Position numbers and translations under genes: made by a program
Notes under the pieces: generated by a model
The model's input: the letters and a program-made list of their open reading frames with translations, nothing else
The model's database searches: none
Told to the model about the DNA's origin: nothing
Origin: Nitrospinota bacterium
Lineage (GTDB): Bacteria; Nitrospinota; Nitrospinia; Nitrospinales; VA-1
Direction of reading: 5' to 3'
DNA: 23,677 bases
Assembly (NCBI GenBank): GCA_038108555.1
Contig: JAYNIA010000043.1
Span: forward strand, 1 to 23,677
Shown: positions 8,138 to 17,468 of the stretch, in pieces
Position numbering within the stretch: position 1 is the stretch's first letter
How the letters are laid out: the number at the start of each line of letters is the position of its first letter

Positions 8138-9289
8138 ATGGCTCACCATCGAGCGACTCGCGCTGAAATAAACTTAAAGGCCTTCAAACACAACCTTGAA
8201 AACCTTAAAGCTATTCTGGGTTCTGAAGCAGACATCATGGCCGTCATTAAAGCAGACGCCTATGGTCATGGTGCCCTGCCCTGCGCCAAAGCCGCGGTTG
8301 AGTCCGGAATAAAGTTTCTTGGTGCAGGAGTCATTGAAGAAGGGATTGAGCTAAGAAAGAATGGCATCAAAGAACCGATTCTTATCCTTGGAAGCATTTT
8401 CCCGGATGAAGCTGCAGACCTGGTTCAACACAACCTTTCCACAATCCTCTGTACCCAGCAATTAGCAGAAACCCTTTCAAGGGAAGCAAAAAAGCAAAAT
8501 AAAACGGTAAAAGTACATATTAAAGTGGACACAGGTATGAACCGGTTGGGAGTTCATCCTGAAAATCTGCTGACTTTAACTGAAAAAATTAAGCAGCTAC
8601 CCAATCTGGAAGTTGAGGCACTATCCACCCATTTCTCTTCCGCTGATGATGAAGATCTTTCAATAACCCACGACCAAATAGAACTCTTTCAGAAAACCCT
8701 CAAAAAACTACAGGAATCGGGGATCAATCCTCCGCTTACCCACCTTGCAAATTCATCGGGCATTTTTAGATTTCCGGAGAGTCGTTCCAGAATGGTGAGA
8801 CCAGGTCTGATTTTATATGGGGCTTTGCCCTCTCCTGTTTTAAATCCTGTTGTGCAAGATATTTGTCAAAAAGAGAATCTTCAAAACTTTGAACCTGTCA
8901 TGCAGTGGAAAAGCAAGATCATACTCTTGAAGTCGGTGTTCAAAGGACAACCTTTAAGTTATTCAAGGAAATTTTTTACGAAAAAAAACAGTTTGATTGC
9001 GACTCTCCCTATAGGATATGCGGATGGGCTCCCAAGACGGCTGTCCAATAATATGGAAGTTTTGATAAGGGGTAAACGGGCTCCCCAGGTGGGCACCATT
9101 TGCATGGACATGACTTTGATCGATGTGACAGAAGTTCCAGATGTCCAAACAGGAGATGAAGTCGTTATTTTTGGCAAACAGGGAGATGAAGGCATTCAGG
9201 TGGAAGAAATGGCAAAGAAGGCCGATACAATTCCCTACGAACTTTTATGCAATGTTGGGAAAAGGGTTCCCAGGACTTACCTGAATTAA
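8138..9289 (+). CDS. alr: Alanine racemase
   Basis: Motifs AVIKADAYGHG (PLP Lys), HIKVDTGMNRLG, VRPGLILYG, PIGYADG, GTICMD and TIPYE. Confidence 0.97.
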   Translation: MAHHRATRAEINLKAFKHNLENLKAILGSEADIMAVIKADAYGHGALPCAKAAVESGIKFLGAGVIEEGIELRKNGIKEPILILGSIFPDEAADLVQHNLSTILCTQQLAETLSREAKKQNKTVKVHIKVDTGMNRLGVHPENLLTLTEKIKQLPNLEVEALSTHFSSADDEDLSITHDQIELFQKTLKKLQESGINPPLTHLANSSGIFRFPESRSRMVRPGLILYGALPSPVLNPVVQDICQKENLQNFEPVMQWKSKIILLKSVFKGQPLSYSRKFFTKKNSLIATLPIGYADGLPRRLSNNMEVLIRGKRAPQVGTICMDMTLIDVTEVPDVQTGDEVVIFGKQGDEGIQVEEMAKKADTIPYELLCNVGKRVPRTYLN

Positions 9290-9296
9290 TCTCCGG

Positions 9297-10208
9297 TTAA
9301 CCCAGCGTTTTAATTTCTGACAATTTTGAAATTTGATTTTGCTGGCACCAGTCACGTATCCCGTCAATCACCTTAACGGTAACCATGGGATCAATAAAGT
9401 TTGCGGTTCCAATCTGCACCGCTTTCGCTCCGGCCATCAAAAACTCAATAGCATCATCGCTGTTGGATATCCCCCCTATTCCGATCACAGGGATCTTAAC
9501 TGAGCGCGCTGTTTCATAAACCAGGTTAAGTGCAAGGGGTTTGATGGCGGGCCCTGAAAGCCCACCGGTTCGATTGGCGAGATAGGGTTTTCCTGTCTCC
9601 AGATTTATTTTCATACCTACGAAAGTATTACAAACTGACAGAGCATCCGCCCCGGCATCTTCGGCGGCTTTTGCCAGCAGGGTTATATCTGTCACATTTG
9701 GAGAGAGTTTAACGATCAGAAATTTTGAAGTCACTTTCCGAACGGCTTCTACCACTTGTCTCAATATCACCGGGTCTGAACTGAATTGCAAACCGCCCTC
9801 TTCAACATTGGGACAGGACACATTCATCTCTAAAGCATCAATTCTCTCCACTTTCGATAAAGCCGAGGCCATTTCCTCATATTGCTGAGTTGTATCTCCA
9901 AAAAAGTTTACAAATATCCTGGTTTTCAAATTTTCGAGTTGCGGCATTTTGTCCGCCAAGAATGCTTCCAGCCCGATATTTTCCAATCCTATTGCATTGA
10001 GCATACCGGAAGCGGTTTCTATGACTCTTGGAACCGGATTGCCTACCTTCGGTTTTAAGGAAAGCCCTTTGGTAGAAAATCCACCCAAATTATCCAAGTC
10101 TAGAAAATCTCTGAATTCGAGGCCATAGCCAAAAGTGCCCGAGGCGGCTATAACAGGATTTTCCAAAACCAGGCTTCCAAGGTCTACTGTCAGGTCAACG
10201 TTTGGCAT
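9297..10208 (-). CDS. pyrD: Dihydroorotate dehydrogenase, family 1B catalytic subunit
   Basis: Motifs ASGTFGYG, GNPVPRV.ET..GMLNAIGLEN, NVSCPN, VKLSPNVTDI, GGLSGPAIKP and IGIGGI. Confidence 0.95.
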   Translation of the reverse strand: MPNVDLTVDLGSLVLENPVIAASGTFGYGLEFRDFLDLDNLGGFSTKGLSLKPKVGNPVPRVIETASGMLNAIGLENIGLEAFLADKMPQLENLKTRIFVNFFGDTTQQYEEMASALSKVERIDALEMNVSCPNVEEGGLQFSSDPVILRQVVEAVRKVTSKFLIVKLSPNVTDITLLAKAAEDAGADALSVCNTFVGMKINLETGKPYLANRTGGLSGPAIKPLALNLVYETARSVKIPVIGIGGISNSDDAIEFLMAGAKAVQIGTANFIDPMVTVKVIDGIRDWCQQNQISKLSEIKTLG

Positions 10209-10214
10209 ATCTTA

Positions 10215-10243
10215 TTGACAATTAAGGAGTTATTAGATATATT
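10215..10243 (+). promoter_or_regulatory. Sigma70-type promoter for the SPOR gene
   Basis: TTGACA (10215-20), 17-nt spacer, TATATT (10238-43). Confidence 0.6.
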
Positions 10244-10352
10244 TTCTCTAGGTGCGGATGGAATTGCATACATTTGCATCAGGATCATATTCTAACATCT
10301 TTGAATTTAAAACAACGAATTTTCAATCCAAATAACCAGGGGCACGCCCACC

Positions 10353-11090
10353 ATGATGGATACAGAAGAAAAACTAACTCCTCCCGAAATCGATCAAAAT
10401 GACACCAATAAGTATAAGAAGCACATCAATGACCTAATTGAAGATGCTGAGATCGAAGCGGAAATGGAGGCGGAAAAGAAAATTCGTTCGAAAAACTCCC
10501 GGGTTTTCTCGATCTCAATGTTTGGCCTTGGACTTTTGGCCCTGGTTTATATGCAAATCAATAGTCCTGAGGAAAATAAATTACCCCCTGAAGAAATAGC
10601 AACTCCCGAAATTGCAGCGCTGGAAACTGCCGAAGAAAAGCTGGCCCAACAAGTCCCAATCGTTGAAGATGGAAGCACACAAATCCCATTGGAAAAAGTT
10701 AAACCGCCTCAAAAAAATGTGGAGCCTGCTAAAATAACCTTTGGCAAGAAACCGGTTTCTACTGAAAAGGCGAAAGCGCCCGCGTCCGCTCGTAAAATTA
10801 TAAAAAAGAAAGCTGAAACAACCAAACCCTCCAAAAATCTTAAAACCGCCCCCGTTAAAAGCAATACGCGTTTCTTTGTGCAGACTGGTGCATTTTCCAA
10901 AAAGCAAAATGCAGAAGCATCTATGAAAAAACTTCAGGATAAAGGCTTTTCCCCATTAATCCATGTGGTAACGCGAAACAACAAGAAAACCTATCTGGTG
11001 CAATTGAGTGTTTTTCCCAATAAAGAAAAAGCAAAACTGGCTCAGGAAAAGCTTGGGCGGGCGGGATTTCCAAAATCAATCATTAAGTAG
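10353..11090 (+). CDS. Bitopic SPOR-domain peptidoglycan-binding protein (FtsN/DedD-like)
   Basis: Acidic N-terminus, one TM helix (FSISMFGLGLLALVYM), Pro/Lys-rich linker, and a C-terminal SPOR domain (FFVQTGAFS...NA, YLVQL..F..KEKA). Confidence 0.85.
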   Translation: MMDTEEKLTPPEIDQNDTNKYKKHINDLIEDAEIEAEMEAEKKIRSKNSRVFSISMFGLGLLALVYMQINSPEENKLPPEEIATPEIAALETAEEKLAQQVPIVEDGSTQIPLEKVKPPQKNVEPAKITFGKKPVSTEKAKAPASARKIIKKKAETTKPSKNLKTAPVKSNTRFFVQTGAFSKKQNAEASMKKLQDKGFSPLIHVVTRNNKKTYLVQLSVFPNKEKAKLAQEKLGRAGFPKSIIK

Positions 11091-11173
11091 TATTCTCCAC
11101 TCTTTTCCCAAAGTTATTACGATGGTATGATGCCCCTCTGTTTTTGTACTTATTCTCTTGAGATAACTAACCC

Positions 11174-12115
11174 TTGCTGGATTTAGTAAAAATAGTTGCA
11201 GGACTTGCTCTCCTTTTTTATGGAGGAGATTTTTTAGTAACTGGGAGTGTGCGTCTTGCCCGCTACTTAAAAATAAGCCCATTTGTCATCGGTGCAACCG
11301 TAATAGCATTTGGCACCTCGGCACCGGAACTGGCCGTCGCAGTTCTGGCAGCGCTGGATTCAGCACCAGAACTTGCAATGGGTAATGTAATTGGAAGCAA
11401 TATTGCCAATATAGGGCTTGTACTGGGTATCACCTTCCTCATTACGCAAGTATCCATCGCGCCCTTCAGGTTTAAAAGGGAATACCCACCTTTTCTTTTA
11501 GCCGCATTATTAATTCTATACATTGCCTGGGACCTGCAAATCAATCGAATGGAAGGAAGCGTAATGGTTGTCCTTCTTGCCTTGTATGTTTGGAGATCCT
11601 TTAGCCATAAAGAAGATTTTTCTACGGAGCCTGAGGAGGAAGTCAGGTTATTTGCAGATAAAGGCCCCGCATTTCAATTCCTATTGATTGTCATTGGCCT
11701 CATTGGCCTGGTCGGCGGTGCAAAGCTACTGGTTTCCGGAGGAGTATCTATTGCTAAAAGTTTGGGTATCAGCGAGTGGTTCATTGGTATCACGATAGTT
11801 GCTGTAGGAACCAGCCTTCCTGAAATTGTTTCTTCGACAATGGCCGCAAGGAGGGGACATGGAGAAATGGCCATTGGAAATGTTTTTGGCAGTAATATTT
11901 TTAATATTTTGATGGTTTTAGGAATTACCGCTTTAATCCAGCCGTTAAATATAAGCGAACCCATTCATCCCGACTTACTGGTTACCACCGGATTAACCTG
12001 TGGGTTATTTGTTTTGACTTTGCTGGGGAAATTTTCTTTAGAGAAGAAAAGCGGAACCGTTTTACTGATAGCCTACACCTTGTATATTACTTTAAAGGGG
12101 ATTGGTAAACTTTAG
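11174..12115 (+). CDS. Ca2+/Na+ antiporter (CaCA, YrbG-like)
   Basis: Two alpha repeats, AFGTSAPE...GNVIGSNIAN and AVGTSLPE...GNVFGSNIFN, in a multi-pass hydrophobic protein. Confidence 0.93.
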   Translation: MLDLVKIVAGLALLFYGGDFLVTGSVRLARYLKISPFVIGATVIAFGTSAPELAVAVLAALDSAPELAMGNVIGSNIANIGLVLGITFLITQVSIAPFRFKREYPPFLLAALLILYIAWDLQINRMEGSVMVVLLALYVWRSFSHKEDFSTEPEEEVRLFADKGPAFQFLLIVIGLIGLVGGAKLLVSGGVSIAKSLGISEWFIGITIVAVGTSLPEIVSSTMAARRGHGEMAIGNVFGSNIFNILMVLGITALIQPLNISEPIHPDLLVTTGLTCGLFVLTLLGKFSLEKKSGTVLLIAYTLYITLKGIGKL

Positions 12116-12117
12116 AT

Positions 12118-14127
12118 TTATGCCGGAGGACTTTTAGCCTTAACGTTCTTAAACTTCCATAGTTGCTGCTTATAGTAAGGATCGTTGGGGACCAGATCCA
12201 ACGCTTCTTTTATCTTTGCAATCGCTTTATCTTTCTTTCCTTGCACGTAATAAATTTCAGATAATGTATCTATATATTCCGGTCGCTTTGGGAATGCTTT
12301 CAAAGTCTGATTTGACAAATCGAGGGCTTTTGCAAGGTTGTTTTGTTTTTTAGCATATAACCAGGCAAGCCGGTTCATAGCTTCGTAGTCTTTGGATTTA
12401 TATTTCAATGTTTTTTCACAATAACCCGTTGCAGCCGTAAAGTAGCCCTTCTTTGTATAAACATTACACACCGCATAAAGAAGATCAGGGTTTTTGGGAT
12501 TCTTGTTTGAAACAGCCAGGAGAATTTCCAATGCCTTATCCAGTTCCTTTTTCTCAACTAGAGCCGAGGCCCGTCCCATGATGTACTCAGGATTTTTGGG
12601 TGCCAGTTCCAGGGCTTTATCAAATTGTTTCATTGACAAATCCACTTTGCCTTTCGCAAGCAAAACCTGGCCCAACTCATAATGGGAAGGTGCATGGGCT
12701 ACATCTAAAGACACCGCATTGGATAGTAAAGATTGCGCTCTATCCCACTTTTTTTCTGCAGCCACCAGTTTTCCCAATTGATAATGACTGACAGCATCGT
12801 TGGGATTCAGCTTAATGGCTTTTTCAAAAGCTATGCGGGCTTTATTTTTTTGGTTTTTGTCCAGATAAATTTGTCCGAGCTTGGCTTGCACAGTGGAGCT
12901 TTTGGGATCGATAGCCTCTGCGGCTTTATAATTCTCCAGAGATTCCGACAACATTCCTTTTACAAAATACCAATCCGCCAGTCTGATTTGTGCTGCAAAA
13001 TTTTCCGGGAATAAGTCCGCAGCTCCCTCAAACGCCTTTACGGCTTCGGCCTCCTGATCTGATTCCAATAACAGTTTGCCAAGAGTCAGGTGAAGGCTGG
13101 GTTCATCTTTCTTTAATTTGATTGCGGTACGGATTTCCTGGAGAGCCTGATCATATTTCCCCTCTTCCCCATACAACAACCCTAAGGCTTCATGGGGTTT
13201 AAAAGAGTTTTTATCCTTTTCCGCTGCCAGCTTGATGGACTCGCGGAACTTATCCAGTTTACCCTGTTCCTTATAAAGCATGGCCAGTTGATAAAAAGCA
13301 TCACCATTTTCCGGCTCAATTTCTATCGCCTGTTTATAGGCATCGACGGCTTCATTCAATTGCCCTTTAGCCGAAATTATTTTGGCTTTTTTCAAACGGT
13401 ATCCGCTGTTGGCCTGGTTCAGTTCAATCGCCCGCTCAAATTGCACCAATGCTTCGTTATACCTTTGGGTCTCAAAATATAAATCTCCAAGACCTGCATA
13501 TACCAGAGGATTTGACCGCGAAATGTCTAAGGCTTTCTTAAAAACTTTTTCTGCCTCAGAAATTTTGTTTTCTTTTACGAGTTTGTATCCCTTGTCCACC
13601 AACAACCCAATATCATCTTTGGAAACACCAGGTGAGAACCACACCATCCAGGCAACCAGGATTACTCCAGCTGCAATAGCCATATTTTTTTTGGACAATT
13701 TTTTTGCAGGCTCAGTTGAAGTGGGTTGGGCAGGTTTGGAAGCCTTTGAAGCTTTGGCAGTGGAAGGGACGGGACGCTCCAGTGTCTCAATTTCTTCTTT
13801 TATGGTTTTGGGAGGGGCGTCAATCATTTTACAACGACCTTCAAAATTCGACCCCTCATTAATAATCAAATGGTAGGTGGAAATATCTCCAGCCAGTCGG
13901 CTGTCATTCATCAGAGCAACCTTATTCTCCGCAAATAAATTTCCTTGAATGAATCCTTTATTGGTCACGTTATGGGTTTTGATATTTCCCAATATTTTAC
14001 CGGCTTTGCCCACCACAAAATGGCTGGAGGAAAAAACTTCCCCTTCAAATTCGCCATCGAAGTGGACCGCTCCTTTAACCCAAAGGGTGCCTTTCAGACG
14101 TACGCCTTTTTCAAAATACGAGTCCAT
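12118..14127 (-). CDS. Bactofilin domain - transmembrane helix - TPR-repeat fusion protein
   Basis: N-terminal ~100 aa bactofilin beta-helix pattern (GV.LKGTL...G.VHFDG.FEG.V, G.I.GNI, G.I.GNL, L.GDI....L.I.EG..FEG.CKM), then a P/A/K linker, a TM helix (MAIAAGVILVAWMVWF) and roughly a dozen TPRs. Start ATG 14127 or TTG 14142. Confidence 0.85.
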   Translation of the reverse strand: MDSYFEKGVRLKGTLWVKGAVHFDGEFEGEVFSSSHFVVGKAGKILGNIKTHNVTNKGFIQGNLFAENKVALMNDSRLAGDISTYHLIINEGSNFEGRCKMIDAPPKTIKEEIETLERPVPSTAKASKASKPAQPTSTEPAKKLSKKNMAIAAGVILVAWMVWFSPGVSKDDIGLLVDKGYKLVKENKISEAEKVFKKALDISRSNPLVYAGLGDLYFETQRYNEALVQFERAIELNQANSGYRLKKAKIISAKGQLNEAVDAYKQAIEIEPENGDAFYQLAMLYKEQGKLDKFRESIKLAAEKDKNSFKPHEALGLLYGEEGKYDQALQEIRTAIKLKKDEPSLHLTLGKLLLESDQEAEAVKAFEGAADLFPENFAAQIRLADWYFVKGMLSESLENYKAAEAIDPKSSTVQAKLGQIYLDKNQKNKARIAFEKAIKLNPNDAVSHYQLGKLVAAEKKWDRAQSLLSNAVSLDVAHAPSHYELGQVLLAKGKVDLSMKQFDKALELAPKNPEYIMGRASALVEKKELDKALEILLAVSNKNPKNPDLLYAVCNVYTKKGYFTAATGYCEKTLKYKSKDYEAMNRLAWLYAKKQNNLAKALDLSNQTLKAFPKRPEYIDTLSEIYYVQGKKDKAIAKIKEALDLVPNDPYYKQQLWKFKNVKAKSPPA

Positions 14128-14264
14128 AAAAAGCTCAAGCAAATTAATCAGAAATTAAGACTTTTCGGAATGGTTTAAATAGTACCAAATAATTGAATAA
14201 GTTACAACCCAAGGTCGACCTGTGAACCGATTTACATTCACTCCCCCATCCCAACTATCATAAG

Positions 14265-14293
14265 TTGAAATATTTCATATTTACTGTTAGTTT
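14265..14293 (+). promoter_or_regulatory. Putative sigma70 promoter for rph
   Basis: TTGAAA (14265-70), 17-nt spacer, TAGTTT (14288-93) with an extended TG. The palindrome TGAAATATTTCA overlaps the -35. Confidence 0.4.
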
Positions 14294-14337
14294 ATGCACT
14301 TTGTTCGAAAGAAACCCATTTACATTAAGGAAACAAA

Positions 14338-15051
14338 ATGCGTGAGGACCGAGCTTTAAATGAATGCAGGAAAATCAAAGTCACCAAAAACTACATCATG
14401 CACCCGCATGGCTCCGTTCTCATACAAATGGGAAATACCAAAGTCATCTGTTCGGCAACCGTTGAAGAAAAAGTTCCATCCTTTCTTCGAGGAAAAGAGA
14501 GTGGGTGGGTCACCGCTGAATATTCCATGCTTCCCGCTTCCACAAACCGCCGCACCCAGCGCGAAGCTTCACGGGGTAAATTATCTGGTAGAACCCAGGA
14601 AATACAAAGACTGATCGGCCGTTCTCTGCGAACCGTTATCGATCTTGAAAAACTCGGCGAACGAACCCTTTGGCTGGATTGCGATGTCATTCAGGCGGAT
14701 GGTGGAACTCGTTGCGCTTCTATAACCGGAGCCTTCATGGCAGCGGTGTTGGCTTTGAAAAAACTCAAAAAAGAAAAATTAATTGATGATCTCCCCGTAA
14801 AAGACTACGTGGCCGCCATCAGTGTAGGGATGGTGGGAGGAAAAAAACTACTCGACCTGGAATACACAGAAGACTCGAATGCCGATGTCGACTTGAATGT
14901 GGTTAAAACCGGCTCCGGGGGCTATGTAGAAATTCAAGGCACTGCAGAACAAGTCCCCTTTGACGACAAACAAATGGATGCCATGTTGAAACTCGCCGAT
15001 AAAGGAATTAAAGAGCTTATCGCCCTACAGAAAAAGACAGTTGGTGTTTGA
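14338..15051 (+). CDS. rph: Ribonuclease PH
   Basis: Motifs GSVL...[54 protein letters not shown] and LDLEY.EDS.ADVD. Confidence 0.97.
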   Translation: MREDRALNECRKIKVTKNYIMHPHGSVLIQMGNTKVICSATVEEKVPSFLRGKESGWVTAEYSMLPASTNRRTQREASRGKLSGRTQEIQRLIGRSLRTVIDLEKLGERTLWLDCDVIQADGGTRCASITGAFMAAVLALKKLKKEKLIDDLPVKDYVAAISVGMVGGKKLLDLEYTEDSNADVDLNVVKTGSGGYVEIQGTAEQVPFDDKQMDAMLKLADKGIKELIALQKKTVGV

Positions 15052-15415
15052 TTCCTTCCACGCTGTCTTTACAAATGATTCTTTTCAATTAAAATTTTCA
15101 CATACTTATTTGATTAACCGTTCCAAACAGGCTAGATAATCCTTAAGGCCTAATTTAGTACAAAATAATTTTCTCAAATAAAAATATAAAGAAGTTGTAA
15201 AGAATCAAACTGAACCCCCTACTAATCAGCGTTATAAAGCAATAATCTCGATCCGATAATCTTTAAAAAATCCTCATAAACTTTTCACTCCATCCTTAAA
15301 ATTTTTCCGTTTAAAAATTATATATTTCAAAGAATTAAGATCAGGGGCGTTTTTAATAATTGAAAATTATTATTTTTAATTAAAGCACCATTAATAATTT
15401 TAATAGGAGTGAGAA

Positions 15416-16687
15416 ATGCGTTTCATTGCAGTGTTGTTAATCTTATTATTTCCGTCTTTGTCGTTTGCGTCGGACAAAGCATCAGGCGGAAGGAATTATG
15501 ACGCCCATGGGGTTAAAAAGCAGGGAACCAAAAAGCCCTACTATCACAAAAAAGGGTTTCATTTTGAATCAGAAGATGGAGATTTCTCAACCAATTTGCA
15601 ATGGCGTGCGCAAATGAGGTTTTCCTCTGGTAATCGAAGTGATCCAACAGAAGAATCAGATTTTTCAGGACCAAGAACAGTGCAAGATTTTGAACTCCGA
15701 CGGGTTCGAATGAAAATCGGGGGACATGGTTATAAATACGTAAAATATTATTTTGAAATTGACCTCCAACCTTCAAGGTCAGTTTCTGCCGCCGCAGCAA
15801 ACTCATCAGGAAGAGTCATTGACTGGAGAATAGATGTACAACCTTACGAATGGTTTGGTTTCCGAGTGGGTCAATGGAAAATCAACTACAACAGGGAGCG
15901 TGTTGACTCTTCAGGGCGACAAACTTTCGTTGAACGTTCTATTGTAAACAGAGAATTTACAATTGATCGTCAAGTCGGTGTTATGGTGAAAGGTCGGCTG
16001 AACAAAGGTACCGCTGCTGACTTCAGATATTACGCAGGTATTTTTAACGGTGAAGGCCGGTCCGTACAAAATAATAGTGACAGTATGATGAAAATGGCAC
16101 GTCTTCAATGGAATCCATTGGGAAGGGATTTGAAATGGAGACAGTCAGACGTTGAACGTCATGAAAAGCCGACCCTGTCAATCGCAGGTGCCTGGGCTGG
16201 AAATAAAGGTAGCTGTAGCAGATGGAGTTCATCCGGCTGTGGAGGATTGGACGGCTTGGCAGTTGATACGACAAATACGGAAAGATACGATATAAACCAG
16301 TATTTAGCGGAAGTTGCATACAAGTATCAGGGTTTCTCTCTGCAAAGTGAATATCATTGGAAAATTATTGATGATGCTGAAACCCTGGAAAATCACGAAA
16401 TGGAAGGTATGTATGTGAACGTGGGTTATTTCTTCAACGAAATTAACGCGGCCATTCCAGAAGAACTGGAACTCGCTTTCCGCTATGCGTTCGTTGACGA
16501 ACCCAACAGCACACGAACCATTCAGGAGAACAAAAGACAAGAGTTCACCTGGGCGGCTAACTATTTCATCGCAGGACACGGTAATAAAATTACCGCAGAC
16601 TTCTCTTATTTAACTCTGGACGACCGACGTCTCGATGATAAATTTGACGAAACTCGATTCCGCCTGCAGTGGGATATTTCTTTCTAA
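15416..16687 (+). CDS. Outer-membrane porin, OprO/OprP (phosphate-selective porin) family
   Basis: Signal peptide, motifs FELRRVRMKIGG, RVGQWK....RE...SS and F.ERS, amphipathic beta-strands, and a C-terminal Phe (RLQWDISF). AGGAG SD. Confidence 0.85.
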   Translation: MRFIAVLLILLFPSLSFASDKASGGRNYDAHGVKKQGTKKPYYHKKGFHFESEDGDFSTNLQWRAQMRFSSGNRSDPTEESDFSGPRTVQDFELRRVRMKIGGHGYKYVKYYFEIDLQPSRSVSAAAANSSGRVIDWRIDVQPYEWFGFRVGQWKINYNRERVDSSGRQTFVERSIVNREFTIDRQVGVMVKGRLNKGTAADFRYYAGIFNGEGRSVQNNSDSMMKMARLQWNPLGRDLKWRQSDVERHEKPTLSIAGAWAGNKGSCSRWSSSGCGGLDGLAVDTTNTERYDINQYLAEVAYKYQGFSLQSEYHWKIIDDAETLENHEMEGMYVNVGYFFNEINAAIPEELELAFRYAFVDEPNSTRTIQENKRQEFTWAANYFIAGHGNKITADFSYLTLDDRRLDDKFDETRFRLQWDISF

Positions 16688-16710
16688 GTTAAAAAAATAT
16701 CACTCCTCTT

Positions 16711-16757
16711 GAACATAGATGGGAGTCTTTCTTACTCCCATCTATGTTCTTTTTTTT
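16711..16757 (+). terminator. Intrinsic terminator after the porin gene
   Basis: Perfect 16-bp stem GAACATAGATGGGAGT / ACTCCCATCTATGTTC with a 7-nt loop, followed by T8. Lies between convergent genes. Confidence 0.9.
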
Positions 16758-16759
16758 CT

Positions 16760-17455
16760 TCAGTTTAAGTTCCGTATCCGCAAGACCAGGTAAAAGACGG
16801 CTGCCAACCCTCCTGAACCAAAGATCATCCACATCACCATAATCTGATACCGAGCAGCAATAATAGGGTCAACGCCGGATAAAATCTGCCCCGTCATCAT
16901 TCCGGGCAATGCAACCAGTCCCACAGCAAAAAAACTGTTGATTTGGGGAATGAGAGAGGCCTCCAACGCAATCCTCCTTGCCCGGGTAAAATCCTCTTCA
17001 CGTTTAATTTCCGACTCAAACCTTTCTGCAGCAAGGCTCACGGTATTCATAGAATTTGCAAAGATCATCCCGGCAATGGGCACGACCAGGCTGGGTTCAA
17101 ACCATTTCTGCATTTGCAAAACAAATTGGGTCACCAGGCCCAGAAGGAAGAGTCCTGGAACACCAATTGAAATCAAAAGAATGACATAAGTTTTCAGATT
17201 CTTCTTCTCAAACGACCTTAATGCGATCCACGAGGAAACGGCAATCATCAAGGCAACCACCAGGACAATGACAATAGGTTGGTTGGTCTCAAAAATATAG
17301 GTGAGAAAATAACCCACTAAGAGTAATTGCAAAAGCATTCGGCCGTTTGCATAAAGACCGGAAAGAGCATTGAGCTGCCAGCGATACATGACAAAAAGAA
17401 GGAACACGGTGGGTATAAACACCAGGCTCAGTTCGAATATGGGGATGGTTTGCAT
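16760..17455 (-). CDS. UPF0014 ABC-type permease (FetB/YbbM-like)
   Basis: Motifs RMLLQLLLVGY.L..IF, P.AGMI..NSM, P.IN....VGLV.LPGMMTGQILSG.DP..A..YQI.VM. Confidence 0.88.
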   Translation of the reverse strand: MQTIPIFELSLVFIPTVFLLFVMYRWQLNALSGLYANGRMLLQLLLVGYFLTYIFETNQPIVIVLVVALMIAVSSWIALRSFEKKNLKTYVILLISIGVPGLFLLGLVTQFVLQMQKWFEPSLVVPIAGMIFANSMNTVSLAAERFESEIKREEDFTRARRIALEASLIPQINSFFAVGLVALPGMMTGQILSGVDPIIAARYQIMVMWMIFGSGGLAAVFYLVLRIRNLN

Positions 17456-17468
17456 ACGTCTTTAACCT

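Noticed and set aside
14266..14277. Palindrome TGAAATATTTCA as a Rex operator
   Set aside because: It lacks the flanking TTG/CAA arms of the Rex consensus and lies in AT-rich DNA, so it cannot be assigned.
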